From: Octopus bimaculoides | Lineage: Eukaryota | Direction: 5' to 3' | Assembly (NCBI RefSeq): GCF_001194135.2 | Contig: NC_069003.1 | Coordinates: forward strand, 14,428,540-14,473,541 | Length of the DNA: 45,002 nt | Shown here: positions 23,680 to 35,818 of the stretch, piece after piece | How the letters are laid out: every line of letters starts with the position of its first letter | Position numbering within the stretch: the first letter of the stretch is position 1 | Made by a program: the position numbers and the translations under genes | Notes under the pieces: generated by a model | What the model was told of the DNA's origin: nothing | Seen by the model: only the letters and a program-made list of their open reading frames with translations | Databases searched by the model: none

Positions 23680-23984
23680 CAGATAGATTTGAAACAGAAA
23701 CACACACGCACCCACAAAAAAGTAATGGTTGACAGAGCTAAAACTTCATCTTTGCTCTGAGAAGGTAATTAGAATGCTCCATACTTCCAAGTTATCCTCC
23801 ATTATTTGGTAGATGGTTGTTTTTCTCCTTTTATGTCTGCAAATTTTTCATTTAGTGTTTTTATTTTTTGAAATTTTCCCTTTGAAGAAGGAACTGTTCT
23901 CACACAGTGTATTTGTCTACCTACCTTCCTACATACCTACCTACCTACCTACCTACCTACCTACCTACCTACCTACCTACCTAC

Positions 23985-24017
<33 letters not shown>

Positions 24018-24125
24018 AGCCGCTTTCTCTCTCCTCACATCCCAACACATCCGAAAATGTATATATATATATCAATTCATATATCTGAAAATGCAAAGTT
24101 ATATTTGTGAGCGTACACAAAAACT

Positions 24126-24186
<61 letters not shown>

Positions 24187-24956
24187 GCGCCCGCATACAC
24201 ACACACATACACACACAAGTAGTCTCTGTGCTTTAAGTGCAGTTAGTTACATCATTCTATCTCTTGGTGAGTTTCGTTAACTCCTCCTTTTCCTCCTTTA
24301 TTCTTTCTCCGTTGCTACTCCACCCTCATTCAGTCGTCTACCATGTGTGTATAAATATAAGTGTATATATATGTATGCGGGTGTATAAGTGGCATGACGT
24401 AATAAACACTATACTGTCTTTATTCAATCAATCACTTCAGTCAAAGCCGCACTTTCGCGTCCATCTTCCATATTTTTTCTCCAGTAATGTCTACTAAATC
24501 TATATTTATTTGTTTGTGTGTGTGTCGGTGTGCGTGTATTTGTGTGCGTGCGTGTGTGTGTGTGTGTATATATGTGTGTTGGCGTTTATTGGTGTGAGTG
24601 CGTGTATGGTGCCTGCGTGCTAATTCTGAGTGCGTGTGTATGCGCCACTGTGTCAGTGTGTCTGGCTCTGTGTGCACGCTACCGATGACGTATTCAGCAT
24701 TACAATATCACATGATATCACTGTGTGTGCAACATGTTACCTTGATAATATCAACGGTGGTTAGTGGATAAGAAACCGTGTGATACGGCACACGGTGGTG
24801 GTAGTGGTGGTGAAAGGTATATGGAGAGAAAGGGAGGGAGAGTGAGAGAGAGAGAGTGAGAGAGAAAGAGAGAGCATATACGCATATATACGATACATGT
24901 ATATATACATATATATAAAATATGCAAGTATCCATATATATGTGTTAATACATTTA

Positions 24957-25040
24957 TGTATACACACACACGTATATAAACACACACACGTATATAAACA
25001 CACACACGTATATAAACACACACACGTATATAAACACACA
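24957..25040. repeat. 18-bp minisatellite (ACACACACGTATATAAAC), about 4 copies
   Basis: Directly visible. Confidence 0.85.
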
Positions 25041-25375
25041 GACACACACACACACATATATATGTATATATATGTACCTGCATTTGATATAAATCTCTAA
25101 TATCTTATAACTTGTCCTTGCGTCAGTCATTAGACTGCGGCCATTCTATATATGTGTGTGTGTGTGTGTGTGCGTGTATATATATATATATATATATNNN
25201 NNNNNNNNNNNNNNNNNNNNNNNNNNNNNNNNNNNNNNNNNNNNNNNNNNNNNNNNNNNNNNNNNNNNNNNNNNNNNNNNNNNNNNNNNNNNNNNNNNNN
25301 NNNNNNNNNNNNNNNNNNNNNNNNNNNNNNNNNNNNNNNNNNNNNNNNNNNNNNNNNNNNNNNNNNNNNNNNNNN

Positions 25376-25752
25376 AGTTATATATTTTGATGTGTAGAGA
25401 TATCAAAAGGTGTATGTGTGCATATGCCTGTGTTTTTGTCTGTGTGTGCGTGAGTGCGTGAAGTGACGTCTGTATGTTTGTGTGGGTGTAATTATTCAGT
25501 GATTACAGGCTTAGAAATGCATATATACTTATATATATATGTATGTATATATTCATATATAGTGCATAGCCTGACTGTGGAGTAGTTATATATTTTGATG
25601 TGTAGAGATATCAAAAGGTGTATGTGTGCATATGCCTGTGTTTTTGTCTGTGTGTGCGTGAGTGCGTGAAGTGACGTCTGTATGTTTGTGTGGGTGTAAT
25701 TATTCAGTGATTACAGGCTTAGAAATGCATATATACTTATATATATATGTAT
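25376..25752. repeat. Identical 169-bp direct repeat (25376-25544 and 25584-25752)
   Basis: No mismatch found by eye. The first copy starts at the edge of an N gap. Confidence 0.9.
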
Positions 25753-25972
25753 ATATATATATATGTGTGTGAGTGAGTGAGTGTGTGTGTGTATATTTGT
25801 TGGGTGGAGTGTGCTTATATCTATGTAAATCTCTACATGTTTGTGTCTGTGTGTTCATATGCGCACTCTTACGCGCGCACATACATACGCACATACACGC
25901 ACGTTATTCCTTCTTTCCGTACCGTACATTACTAGACATGTCTGTCTTTCTGATCTGCCCTTTCTCTATGAG

Positions 25973-26067
25973 ATGGGGATACAGGATTCTTGTTAAACTA
26001 TTCACCATTTTGGTGGGGATTAAGTGTTGCAGTGAATGAATTGCGCGATCCTGTCTCAGAAGATTAA
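25973..26067 (+). CDS. Candidate terminal exon (phase 1), (D)GDTGFLLNYSPFWWGLSVAVNELRDPVSED*; alternative acceptor at 25985
   Basis: Pyrimidine tract CTGCCCTTTCTCTATGAG|, protein-like open frame to TAA at 26065-26067, and an overlapping AATAAA at 26066-26071. Confidence 0.3.
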
Positions 26068-26106
26068 TAAAAATTCTTTCATCTACCGCCTCTTCTATGA
26101 ACCAAA

Positions 26107-26196
<90 letters not shown>

Positions 26197-27216
26197 CCTA
26201 TCTATCTATTTGTCTGTCTTATTGAAAATGAAAACATTCTCATATTTTCACTATACAGTATCTGTACATCACTTCAAAATCTCTCTCTCTTTCTCTTTTC
26301 CTGTCCTTCTCCTTGTCGCTCTCTCTTTCTCTCTCTCATTTTCTCTCTCTCATTTTCTCTCTCTCATTTTCTCTCTCTCTGTATATATATATATATATAA
26401 ATATACACACACACACACACACACATACACACACACACACACACACNNNNNNNNNNNNNNNNNNNNNNNNNNNNNNNNNNNNNNNNNNNNNNNNNNNNNN
26501 NNNNNNNNNNNNNNNNNNNNNNNNNNNNNNNNNNNNNNNNNNNNNNNNNNNNNNNNNNNNNNNNNNNNNNNNNNNNNNNNNNNNNNNNNNNNNNNNNNNN
26601 NNNNNNNNNNNNNNNNNNNNNNNNNNNNNNNNNNNNNNNNNNNNNNNNNNNNNNNNNNNNNNNNNNNNNNNNNNNNNNNNNNNNNNNNNNNNNNNNNNNN
26701 NNNNNNNNNNNNNNNNNNNNNNNNNNNNNNNNNNNNNNNNNNNNNNNNNNNNNNNNNNNNNNNNNNNNNNNNNNNNNNNNNNNNNNNNNNNNNNNNNNNN
26801 NNNNNNNNNNNNNNNNNNNNNNNNNNNNNNNNNNNNNNNNNNNNNNNNNNNNNNNNNNNNNNNNNNNNNNNNNNNNNNNNNNNNNNNNNNNNNNNNNNNN
26901 NNNNNNNNNNNNNNNNNNNNNNNNNNNNNNNNNNNNNNNNNNNNNNNNNNNNNNNNNNNNNNNNNNNNNNNNNNNNNNNNNNNNNNNNNNNNNNNNNNNN
27001 NNNNNNNNNNNNNNNNNNNNNNNNNNNNNNNNNNNNNNNNNNNNNNNNNNNNNNNNNNNNNNNNNNNNNNNNNNNNNNNNNNNNNNNNNNNNNNNNNNNN
27101 NNNNNNNNNNNNNNNNNNNNNNNNNNNNNNNNNNNNNNNNNNNNNNNNNNNNNNNNNNNNNNNNNNNNNNNNNNNNNNNNNNNNNNNNNNNNNNNNNNNN
27201 NNNNNNNNNNNNNNNC

Positions 27217-28130
27217 TGTCTGTCTGTCTGTCTCTGTGTCTCTGTCTGTCTGTCTGTCTCTGTGTCTCTGTCTGTCTGTCTCTCTCTCTCTCTTTCTCCC
27301 TATCTCCCTCTCTCCGTTCCATTCACAATTTTCTGCTCAGTATTGTTCCCCTTTCCTCTTCTATTCAGTCTCTCCTACCAAATCTTTCTGCTTCCAAATT
27401 TTCTCTTCCTCCTCCTCCTCCTCCGCCTCCTTTCCCTCTTTCTCTCTCTATTTGTCTGTCACTCTATATCTTTTCCAGCTCGTCTTTATCAGTTTGTCTT
27501 CCTCTTTCTTTCATTCTCTCTCTCTCTTGTCTTCCCTTTCTAATCATTCTATTAACCCCCACCCACCTACAATTACCAAAGCATTCTCTCTGTCTCTCTC
27601 TCTCTCTTAGTCACTTCTATAGTTCAAATATTCCATCTCTTGCACGCTCCAATCAACTCCCACCACTTCTTATCTCTCCCCCTCTCTCTCCTTCTCTATC
27701 TCTCCCCCTCATGTCTTATCACTTTATCATTCCGTTTCTCTCTCTCTTTCCCTCTCCCTTTCTCTTTCCCTCTCTCTTTCTCTTTCCCTCTCCCCATCCC
27801 TCTCCCTTCCCCTTCTCCCCCTTCTCCCTCCCCTATTCTCGTATTCTATCATCTCTTCACATTTCTTTTCCTCTCTCTCTCTCCCCTTCTCTCTTTCTTT
27901 ACCATCTCCTGTATTACTTTAACATCCGCTCACTACCACCGCACACAGCCCCATCACACTATCATTTTCCTTCCTCACCTCCTACCTTCTAATCACTTAA
28001 TACCCTCTCACTTCCACCCTAAACTTTCCCGTCACCCTATGTCTCCATCACTCACTCTCTCCCTCCCCCTATTTCGCTGTTATTTTAATGTTCCTCTTTT
28101 CTCTCCCCCCTCCCCCACTATTGTCTTAAT
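27217..28130. repeat. ~900-bp CT-rich polypyrimidine low-complexity tract
   Basis: Directly visible. Confidence 0.9.
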
Positions 28131-29149
28131 ATCCGCCATCATTCACTTTCTCCGACCTCTTCCGCGTTATCTAATCAATATACCTCCTAAGCACCACCAC
28201 CACCAGTACCAGCACTACCACCACCAACACCACTAACACGCATGACATCACCCACACCCCACTCATTCATCTCACCCATGAAATCTATGATATATCTTCA
28301 CTGTCAACATCCTAATTGTCATTTTCGTTCAGCTGAAATGTAATAACTTGGTGAATAATAGTAATTTAACATTAACTTAACTTTACTTCCATTACCAGAA
28401 TACACCTTCTAAATAAACACACGCGCTTACAGATAAGCGTACACATATATACACGTAAACATTCATACGTACACATACCTGTGTGTATGCATNNNNNNNN
28501 NNNNNNNNNNNNNNNNNNNNNNNNNNNNNNNNNNNNNNNNNNNNNNNNNNNNNNNNNNNNNNNNNNNNNNNNNNNNNNNNNNNNNNNNNNNNNNNNNNNN
28601 NNNNNNNNNNNNNNNNNNNNNNNNNNNNNNNNNNNNNNNNNNNNNNNNNNNNNNNNNNNNNNNNNNNNNNNNNNNNNNNNNNNNNNNNNNNNNNNNNNNN
28701 NNNNNNNNNNNNNNNNNNNNNNNNNNNNNNNNNNNNNNNNNNNNNNNNNNNNNNNNNNNNNNNNNNNNNNNNNNNNNNNNNNNNNNNNNNNNNNNNNNNN
28801 NNNNNNNNNNNNNNNNNNNNNNNNNNNNNNNNNNNNNNNNNNNNNNNNNNNNNNNNNNNNNNNNNNNNNNNNNNNNNNNNNNNNNNNNNNNNNNNNNNNN
28901 NNNNNNNNNNNNNNNNNNNNNNNNNNNNNNNNNNNNNNNNNNNNNNNNNNNNNNNNNNNNNNNNNNNNNNNNNNNNNNNNNNNNNNNNNNNNNNNNNNNN
29001 NNNNNNNNNNNNNNNNNNNNNNNNNNNNNNNNNNNNNNNNNNNNNNNNNNNNNNNNNNNNNNNNNNNNNNNNNNNNNNNNNNNNNNNNNNNNNNNNNNNN
29101 NNNNNNNNNNNNNNNNNNNNNNNNNNNNNNNNNNNNNNNNNNNNNNNNN

Positions 29150-29215
<66 letters not shown>

Positions 29216-29648
29216 CGTATATATGTACATATATATTATGTGTGCAATCATCAGACACATATATAATCATACGTGTACTGGTTGATATGGATAGTTGGGC
29301 ATACATTGCCATGCTTACACCTATTTATGTTTAACCGGCAATCACGAGTTTGTACCATGCTTTCACTAATTGTTTCAAAAGCCTGTATAACTGCGTGCAG
29401 ACATAGATACCAGTTGACATAGTGACAGTGTGAATTGAAGCACCTTGCACAAAGCAAAGCATGGTGCAGGAATCGTACCAGTGACATTGTGTGTATAACA
29501 CCATAACGTCTAGGACATGCACCTTCAAACACTATAACAAGCAAATTTATATCGTAACATACTACATATCCGTGTACCCGCCAAAGAATGAATGAATGGA
29601 TGGATATACCTATATAGATAAAGTATCTATCTATCTATCTATCTATCC

Positions 29649-29703
<55 letters not shown>

Positions 29704-29706
<3 letters not shown>

Positions 29707-30126
29707 AGTTTACATCCAGTAAACTAAGAAAAGAAAATGCAGATAAGGAAGATAACAATTACTTATTATTAACAAATTGGTCATCTTCATTTCTTACAGC
29801 TGTTTCAATTAATACTCAATAATTTAATTACAAATTTGTACATTGAATTTGCATTTATGTGACAAGAATGATCTCACCAGAAGAGAAAATAATGTTTCTT
29901 TGGATGTTATATGCGGAGCAGTCAATTCCATTCAGCAGACTCTCAAGGTGATGAAATTATGCTCATGTAACATAAATGCAAATTTAATGTACAAATTAGT
30001 AATTAAATTATTGAGTATTAATTGAAACGGCTGTAAGTAGTAAAGATCACCAATAAGCTAATAATAAATAATTGTTATCTTCCTTATCTGCATTTTCTTT
30101 TCTTAGTTTACTGGATGTAAACTATA
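29704..30126. mobile_element. Foldback MITE with ~165-bp terminal inverted repeats, TA-bounded
   Basis: TATAGTTTACATCCAGTAAACTAAGAAAAG... at 29704 and its reverse complement ending at 30126. The outer 57 bp are identical, with scattered mismatches further in and a ~90-bp spacer. Confidence 0.85.
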
Positions 30127-30259
30127 TGCCCAATATATACGTGTTGTTTTAAGGGAATTTCATTCCCCATGGATACTACGTATTGAACCAGTATTTCCTT
30201 GGGTGCAACCATACATTCACGAGGTAAACATATCTTCTAATTAAATTATATATATATCT

Positions 30260-30592
30260 GAGACCCCCTTCGGTCATGACTGACCATGGGTTTGCACCTA
30301 GAAAGTTGCCCTCCCAGGCACAAGTCTGGGCAATGTTGTTTATGGAAGACCAACTGTTGCCCATGCATACCGACCTCCCCTCTCCACGCCACCGATGTTG
30401 TCCAAGGGAAAGGAAAAGGGGCCAATACAGCTTGGCCCCTGTGACGTCGCAACTCATTACTACAGCTGACTGAATTGGAGCAACGTGAAATAAAGTGTCT
30501 TGCTCAAGAACACAACACGCAGCCCGGTCTGGGATTCGAACTCACAACCCCACGATAGTAAGCTCGACGCTCTAACCACTGAGCCATGTGCC

Positions 30593-30595
<3 letters not shown>
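30260..30595 (-). mobile_element. SINE family 3 (clear tRNA head, CORE-like body, RTE-like 3' end, (TA)n tail)
   Basis: A box GGCTCAGTGGTTAGAGC, B box GAGTTCGAATCCC and GTGTTCTTGAGCAAGACAC. Collinear with 38061-38393. Confidence 0.9.
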
Positions 30596-30647
<52 letters not shown>

Positions 30648-31102
30648 NNNNNNNNNNNNNNNNNNNNNNNNNNNNNNNNNNNNNNNNNNNNNNNNNNNNN
30701 NNNNNNNNNNNNNNNNNNNNNNNNNNNNNNNNNNNNNNNNNNNNNNNNNNNNNNNNNNNNNNNNNNNNNNNNNNNNNNNNNNNNNNNNNNNNNNNNNNNN
30801 NNNNNNNNNNNNNNNNNNNNNNNNNNNNNNNNNNNNNNNNNNNNNNNNNNNNNNNNNNNNNNNNNNNNNNNNNNNNNNNNNNNNNNNNNNNNNNNNNNNN
30901 NNNNNNNNNNNNNNNNNNNNNNNNNNNNNNNNNNNNNNNNNNNNNNNNNNNNNNNNNNNNNNNNNNNNNNNNNNNNNNNNNNNNNNNNNNNNNNNNNNNN
31001 NNNNNNNNNNNNNNNNNNNNNNNNNNNNNNNNNNNNNNNNNNNNNNNNNNNNNNNNNNNNNNNNNNNNNNNNNATATATATATATATATGTATATATTTT
31101 TT

Positions 31103-31309
31103 TATTCTCTTATTCTTTTACTTGTTTCAGTCATTTGACTGCCGCCATGCTGGGGTACCCCTGTAGTCGAGCAAATTGACCCCAGGACTTATTTTTTGTA
31201 AGCCTAGTACTTATTGTATTGGTCTCTTTGCTGAACCGCTAGATTACGGACAGGTAAAAACACTAGCATCGGTTGTCAAATGATGTTGGGTGGACAAACA
31301 CAGACACAC

Positions 31310-31354
<45 letters not shown>

Positions 31355-31500
31355 TATATACGTCTACCAAATCCACTCACAAGGCTTTGGTCGCCCGAAG
31401 CTATAGTAGAAGACAGTTGTCGAAGGCGCCATGCAGTGGGACTGAACACGGAACCATGTGGTTGGTAGGCAAGCTCCTTAGTACACAGCCACTCCTGCCC
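31103..31500 (-). mobile_element. SINE family 2, full length, with an expanded internal (CA)n
   Basis: Head GGCTGTGTACTAAGGAGCTTGCC..GTTCAGTCCC, CORE-like part, (TG)n and tail ..TGAAACAAGTAAAAGAATAA on the minus strand. Confidence 0.85.
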
Positions 31501-32491
31501 CTATATATATGATATTATATCGTAAACAAACATATTTCATTTTATTATATTGTAAAACATAACACTTGTTTCGTGCCAAAATATTTGTCAGAATATCATC
31601 TGATGAGTGGCAGCTTTTTGTCGATATAGATTTATGTAATGCTACATAATGAATTATGTTATGAGCTCGTATTTGAAGTAAACCATGCCCATTGAAAAGT
31701 GTGTAGCGAAGTGTTAAACTATGCATTCGTTTTTGTTTACAGAATATTACACCGTGTAATATGTACCAATTATGTCTTTGATGCATACAAGGAGTTGCAG
31801 GATAGCGCAGCTCAGTGAATCACTGTTTAGCTCGATGTGGCTGTATGGACTACTGAACTGATCAGTTAAATTACCTGGAATTTTACTGGGTGAACTGTTT
31901 CACCAAAGGGATGCAGGGATGTTTCTTTGTAAATTTGTCACGAGCTATATGATTCCCTCTGACACACACACACACACACACACATGCATACATATACTCC
32001 TTAATATATACATTAACATACTTATGCAACTGATACACACGCAGCTGATATTCACGGCTCACAAACATATACACATATGCGCTCGCACACAAGCACACAC
32101 ACATAGCAATTACGCACTCGCACACATAAACGCAAACACATAGCAGATACACATGCAGACACGCACATCCACGCATTCATACAGCAGGGCAATACACACA
32201 CATACACACAGGCATATTATCGATGTCGCTTATGTTACTTTGAATACCATCCAAACGGCGAGGTGCCGCCAACCTCATGTCCAGCCATGGGATCCAAGAA
32301 ATTTGGATTGGGATATCTATTTCTTGAATTTGATATCGCTGTAATTTCATCAACACTACGTGACGCACCTTAACTAGTAGTAGACCACGTTCCAGAAGAC
32401 ATCATGGACGTCTCTCAGCACTCCATTCAGCTACCTATAACGAGCCTACGAAACTTTAAGTTGCATGCCCCCGCCAAAGAAAATAGTTCTA

Positions 32492-32548
<57 letters not shown>

Positions 32549-32723
32549 CCTTTTTACGGGCGCACAAATTTACGGCAAGGGGACTAATCGATTACATCAA
32601 CCCCAGTGATTCACTAGTATTTAATTTATCGACCACGAAAGGAGGGAAGGCAAAGTCGACCTCGGCTGAATTTGAACTCAAGACGTAGCGATGGGCGATA
32701 TACCGCTAAGCATTTCGTCCAGC
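32492..32723 (-). mobile_element. SINE family 1, 5'-truncated, with an (ATT)n tail (seen as (AAT)n at 32492-32548)
   Basis: GGCAAAGTCGACCTCGGCTGAATTTGAACTC core. The tail reads AGGATTATTATT on the minus strand. Confidence 0.85.
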
Positions 32724-33178
32724 TGTATCATTCTCAGCTACTGAAATGCCTCCGAGAAGCAATCAAAGAAAAAAGGCCGGGAATGCTCCCCAGAGGAGTC
32801 CTTTTTCAGCACGACAATGCTCCAGTCCACACCTCAGTGGTTGCCATGGCAAGAGTTCGTGATTGTGGATACGAACTTGTTCCCCATCCACCTTATTCGC
32901 CAGACTTAGGCCCCTTTGACTTTCATCTATTCCCAAAAATGATAAAAAAAGCCCTGGCTGGTCACCATTTTGCCAGTGACAATAACGTCATAGACGCTGT
33001 AGGAAGTTTCTTGGAGTCTCAAACAAAAGAGTTCCTCTACGCCAGGATAATGGCGCTTCGGCACCATTAGAGAAAGTGTTCAGCCATCGAGAGGGATTAT
33101 GTTGAAAAATAAATCATCAGAAGTCTTGTACTATGTTTTGTTTTTTTGAGGCTCAAGACTTTTCATACACCCCTCGTA
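32724..33178 (+). mobile_element. Mariner transposon 3' half (Hsmar2/irritans-like), non-functional
   Basis: VLFQHDNAPVH..HPPYSPDLGPFDFHLFP (DD34D region). 3' TIR TTTTCATACACCCCTCG followed by TA. Confidence 0.9.
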
Positions 33179-33234
33179 TATACATACATAGATATGTATA
33201 TGCATACATATATATATAGATACATTTTGTTGGC

Positions 33235-33610
33235 GTCATTTTGTCTCAGGAGACAATGGAGTTGCGCATAAACTAATCCAGTCTGGTTTTTACATTTCAT
33301 GTCCTCTCCAGTTTTGTGCAGGCCTGGGCTAGATGTAAGAAAATCCTGGGTAGCTCAATCGTCAGGATTCCTCTCTCCATCTTGCTGACGTAATCCGAAG
33401 GAGTGCAGAGCATTACGTGTGGCACCAACTTGGTTGCAGGAGCTGCCAGAAGAGTGTCGAGTCGAACACTAAACCGCCTACGGGGCTCCACTCCGGATTT
33501 CTTTGAAGGTTGTTTTCTTTCCGTAACCCTGGATAGGGGCCCATACCGAGAACTGTTAGCTGGAGCCAGCTGAGCCCGGGACTCGTGTCAGGCTGGGTCG
33601 TCACTCCCTG
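33235..33610 (+). mobile_element. RTE-clade LINE 5' UTR-like fragment
   Basis: GAGACAATGGAGTTGCGC..GGCACCAACTTGGTTGCAGGAGCTGCC..GGCTCCACTCCGGATTT resembles RTE 5' UTR motifs (recognition by eye). Confidence 0.5.
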
Positions 33611-33869
33611 AAGTAGTGAAGAAAATCGCTACCCACTACCTGTATATAGATACTAGATACATAGATACATGCATACATAAATACATACATACATACATAC
33701 ATACATGCATACACACATACATACATAAATACATACATACATACATGCATACATACATACATGCTCACATATATTTAAATAGATACATAAATCGTGGTTC
33801 ATTAACAAAGAAACATTTCTCGCTTCTTTCGTTAAACGGCTCTTTCCGTAAAATTTCAGAACTCTTAGA

Positions 33870-34180
33870 TACTCCAGTGCTGTCAGCACAACAAAGAGCC
33901 TTCTCCAAATATACCAACTCTCATGTTCCTCCTGGCTTCACTCGTGCCAACTCCCACCGTTATCATGTCGTCCTAGAACGTACTGCACCACATCTTCCGT
34001 AGCCGTCCTCTCAGTCTTTTTTCTCCTTCCAGTGTCCACTCCATCACGATGACAGCATGTCTCTCCTGTGGCGATTGAAGCTCATGACCTGTAAACCGTA
34101 TCTGCTGATTAGTCACTATGTCATGCAAACTTCTCGTGTCAGCTCTTCTCATGACTTCTTTGTTTCTCGTCCTGAACGAT
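33870..34180 (-). mobile_element. RTE-clade LINE ORF2 C-terminus, decayed
   Basis: IVTNQQIRFTGHELQSPQERHAVIVMEWTLEGEKRLRGRLRKMWCSTF*DDM fits the RTE pattern LRWxGHxxR..W.P.GKRxRGRP..W..D. Confidence 0.7.
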
Positions 34181-34371
34181 TGAACATAAAATGGGACTTA
34201 CCGTATCTTTATCCACATTCTACGGGCGTAGATGGGTGTTGGTATTACAATAGATTAGTATAGCGGCAGTTTTCTTTCTCACTGATGGTCATCCATCACC
34301 AGATTGGACTAACGCGTTGGAATATAAATATCTCAGGCTTCATTTATATATCTATCATTATACAGTTTACA

Positions 34372-34523
34372 GATGCGGCTGTGTGGCAAGAAGCTTGCTT
34401 CTCAACCACATGGTTCTAGGCTTAGTCCCTCTGCGTGGCACCTTGAGCAAGTGTCTTTTACTATAGCCTCGGGCCGACCAAAGCCATGTGAGTGGGTTTG
34501 GAAGGCGGAGAAAGACCGTCGTA
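34372..34523 (+). mobile_element. SINE family 2 head plus CORE-like domain followed by (TA)n
   Basis: GCGGCTGTGTGGCAAGAAGCTTGCTTCTCAACCACATGG..GTGGCACCTTGAGCAAGTG. Confidence 0.85.
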
Positions 34524-34662
34524 TATATATATATATATATATACGACGGTCTTTGTATGTATGTGATATACTCTTTTACAACAGCTGCTTAAATTTATTC
34601 AATGCTTAAGTAATTGTGTTGTATTTTTTGCAGTTGATTACATTACGTCACTAATGATCTGT

Positions 34663-34918
34663 CCGGCGTGCTAACGATTTTGTCAGTGGTGAGCTGAGAA
34701 ACGTTAGAACGCCATACAAAATGCTGTGCAGTATTTTGCTAATCTTTGTATTTTGAGTTCCAATTCTGCTGAGGTTGAATTTGCCTTTTGAGGTCCATGC
34801 AATATGTATATTTTGAGCATTGGCGTCGATGCAATCGATTAATCCCATCCCCTAAAATTTCAGGCTTTGTGACTATAATAGAAAATAGAAAATTTCAGGC
34901 TTTGTGACTATAATAGTA
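34663..34918 (+). mobile_element. SINE family 1, degenerate, with an inverted head fragment at its 5' side and a 28-bp tail duplication
   Basis: CCGGCGTGCTAACGATTTTGTCAG (minus head), then GAGCTGAGAAACGTTAGAACGCC (plus head). AAAATTTCAGGCTTTGTGACTATAATAG occurs twice. Confidence 0.65.
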
Positions 34919-35546
34919 GCGTCCTGTGTGGCTAACTTTATAGATTCGTCAACTGCTTCAATTGTTATTTACATTAACTTGAGATGATATACGACATGTG
35001 GAATTCTGTAGTTAAGAACTGGTTCTACTCTAAACCGAAATTCTTTCACTGTTGATTAATTTGATTTGTCCTGCTGTTCTTAGCATTGTTTTCATCCCAC
35101 TAATATTTCCGCCCCTGTTGCGTCATCGGATGCTTAATCACCTTGAAATTATGATCAGTTTTTTTTTTAATCGTATTCATTCTACTGTTGACCATGAGAA
35201 ATGATTGCATTTTTACTGTTACTGAGCAAACAGATTTTCTGTGTAACTAAGTTTACATTATCTGCACTGCAAAAATGGTTTATTTCGAGGCCATTTAAGA
35301 GGCCAATTCGATTAAAATATTCCGTTTCCTATGCAGATGTTGCGGAAAGACTACGTGTGTAGCGTATGCCTGGTTTTCAATTCTCTGATGTTTGTAGCTA
35401 TATAACTTTTGCTTGGTCGAATCGTTTGTAATGTTGCTGCCTTATAGTTTACTTCCACGTTAAAGGCAGTTTTACTTAACATGGCATGCATAACTTTGTT
35501 CTATCGCAGTTGTATCTCTTTTAAGATGTAGGCTACGGTTTCCAAG

Positions 35547-35580
<34 letters not shown>

Positions 35581-35818
35581 ACTTGGGGATGGTCATATTG
35601 CCAGTTTAGCCAATATATATATATATGTATATACAACGGTTTTCATGACAACTGTTTGCGGCGACTGTCACCCACGCATTCAACGCAGCTCCGTTTTGGC
35701 GCCTCGTTTCAGGGAAAGTTGAAAGGTTACCTGCAATTTGGGTCTCAGCCATAAACAATCATGTCTTGGAATATCTACACTTACATTCCCGAAATAAATT
35801 TTCAGAATTTTCCATATA

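Noticed and set aside
24957-25040. Regularly spaced repeats suggesting a CRISPR array
   Set aside because: They are contiguous 18-bp minisatellite units with no spacers, in a eukaryotic context.
27217-28130. Long polypyrimidine tract as a functional triplex element
   Set aside because: It is compatible with H-DNA but indistinguishable from decayed (CT)n, which is common in this sequence.
31596-31625. CTGATGAG hammerhead core
   Set aside because: No stem II/GAAA follows.
32672-33070. 132-aa ORF suggesting a novel transposase fusion
   Set aside because: Its N-terminus is antisense SINE-1 sequence abutting a truncated mariner. It lacks the DNA-binding domain and the first catalytic Asp.
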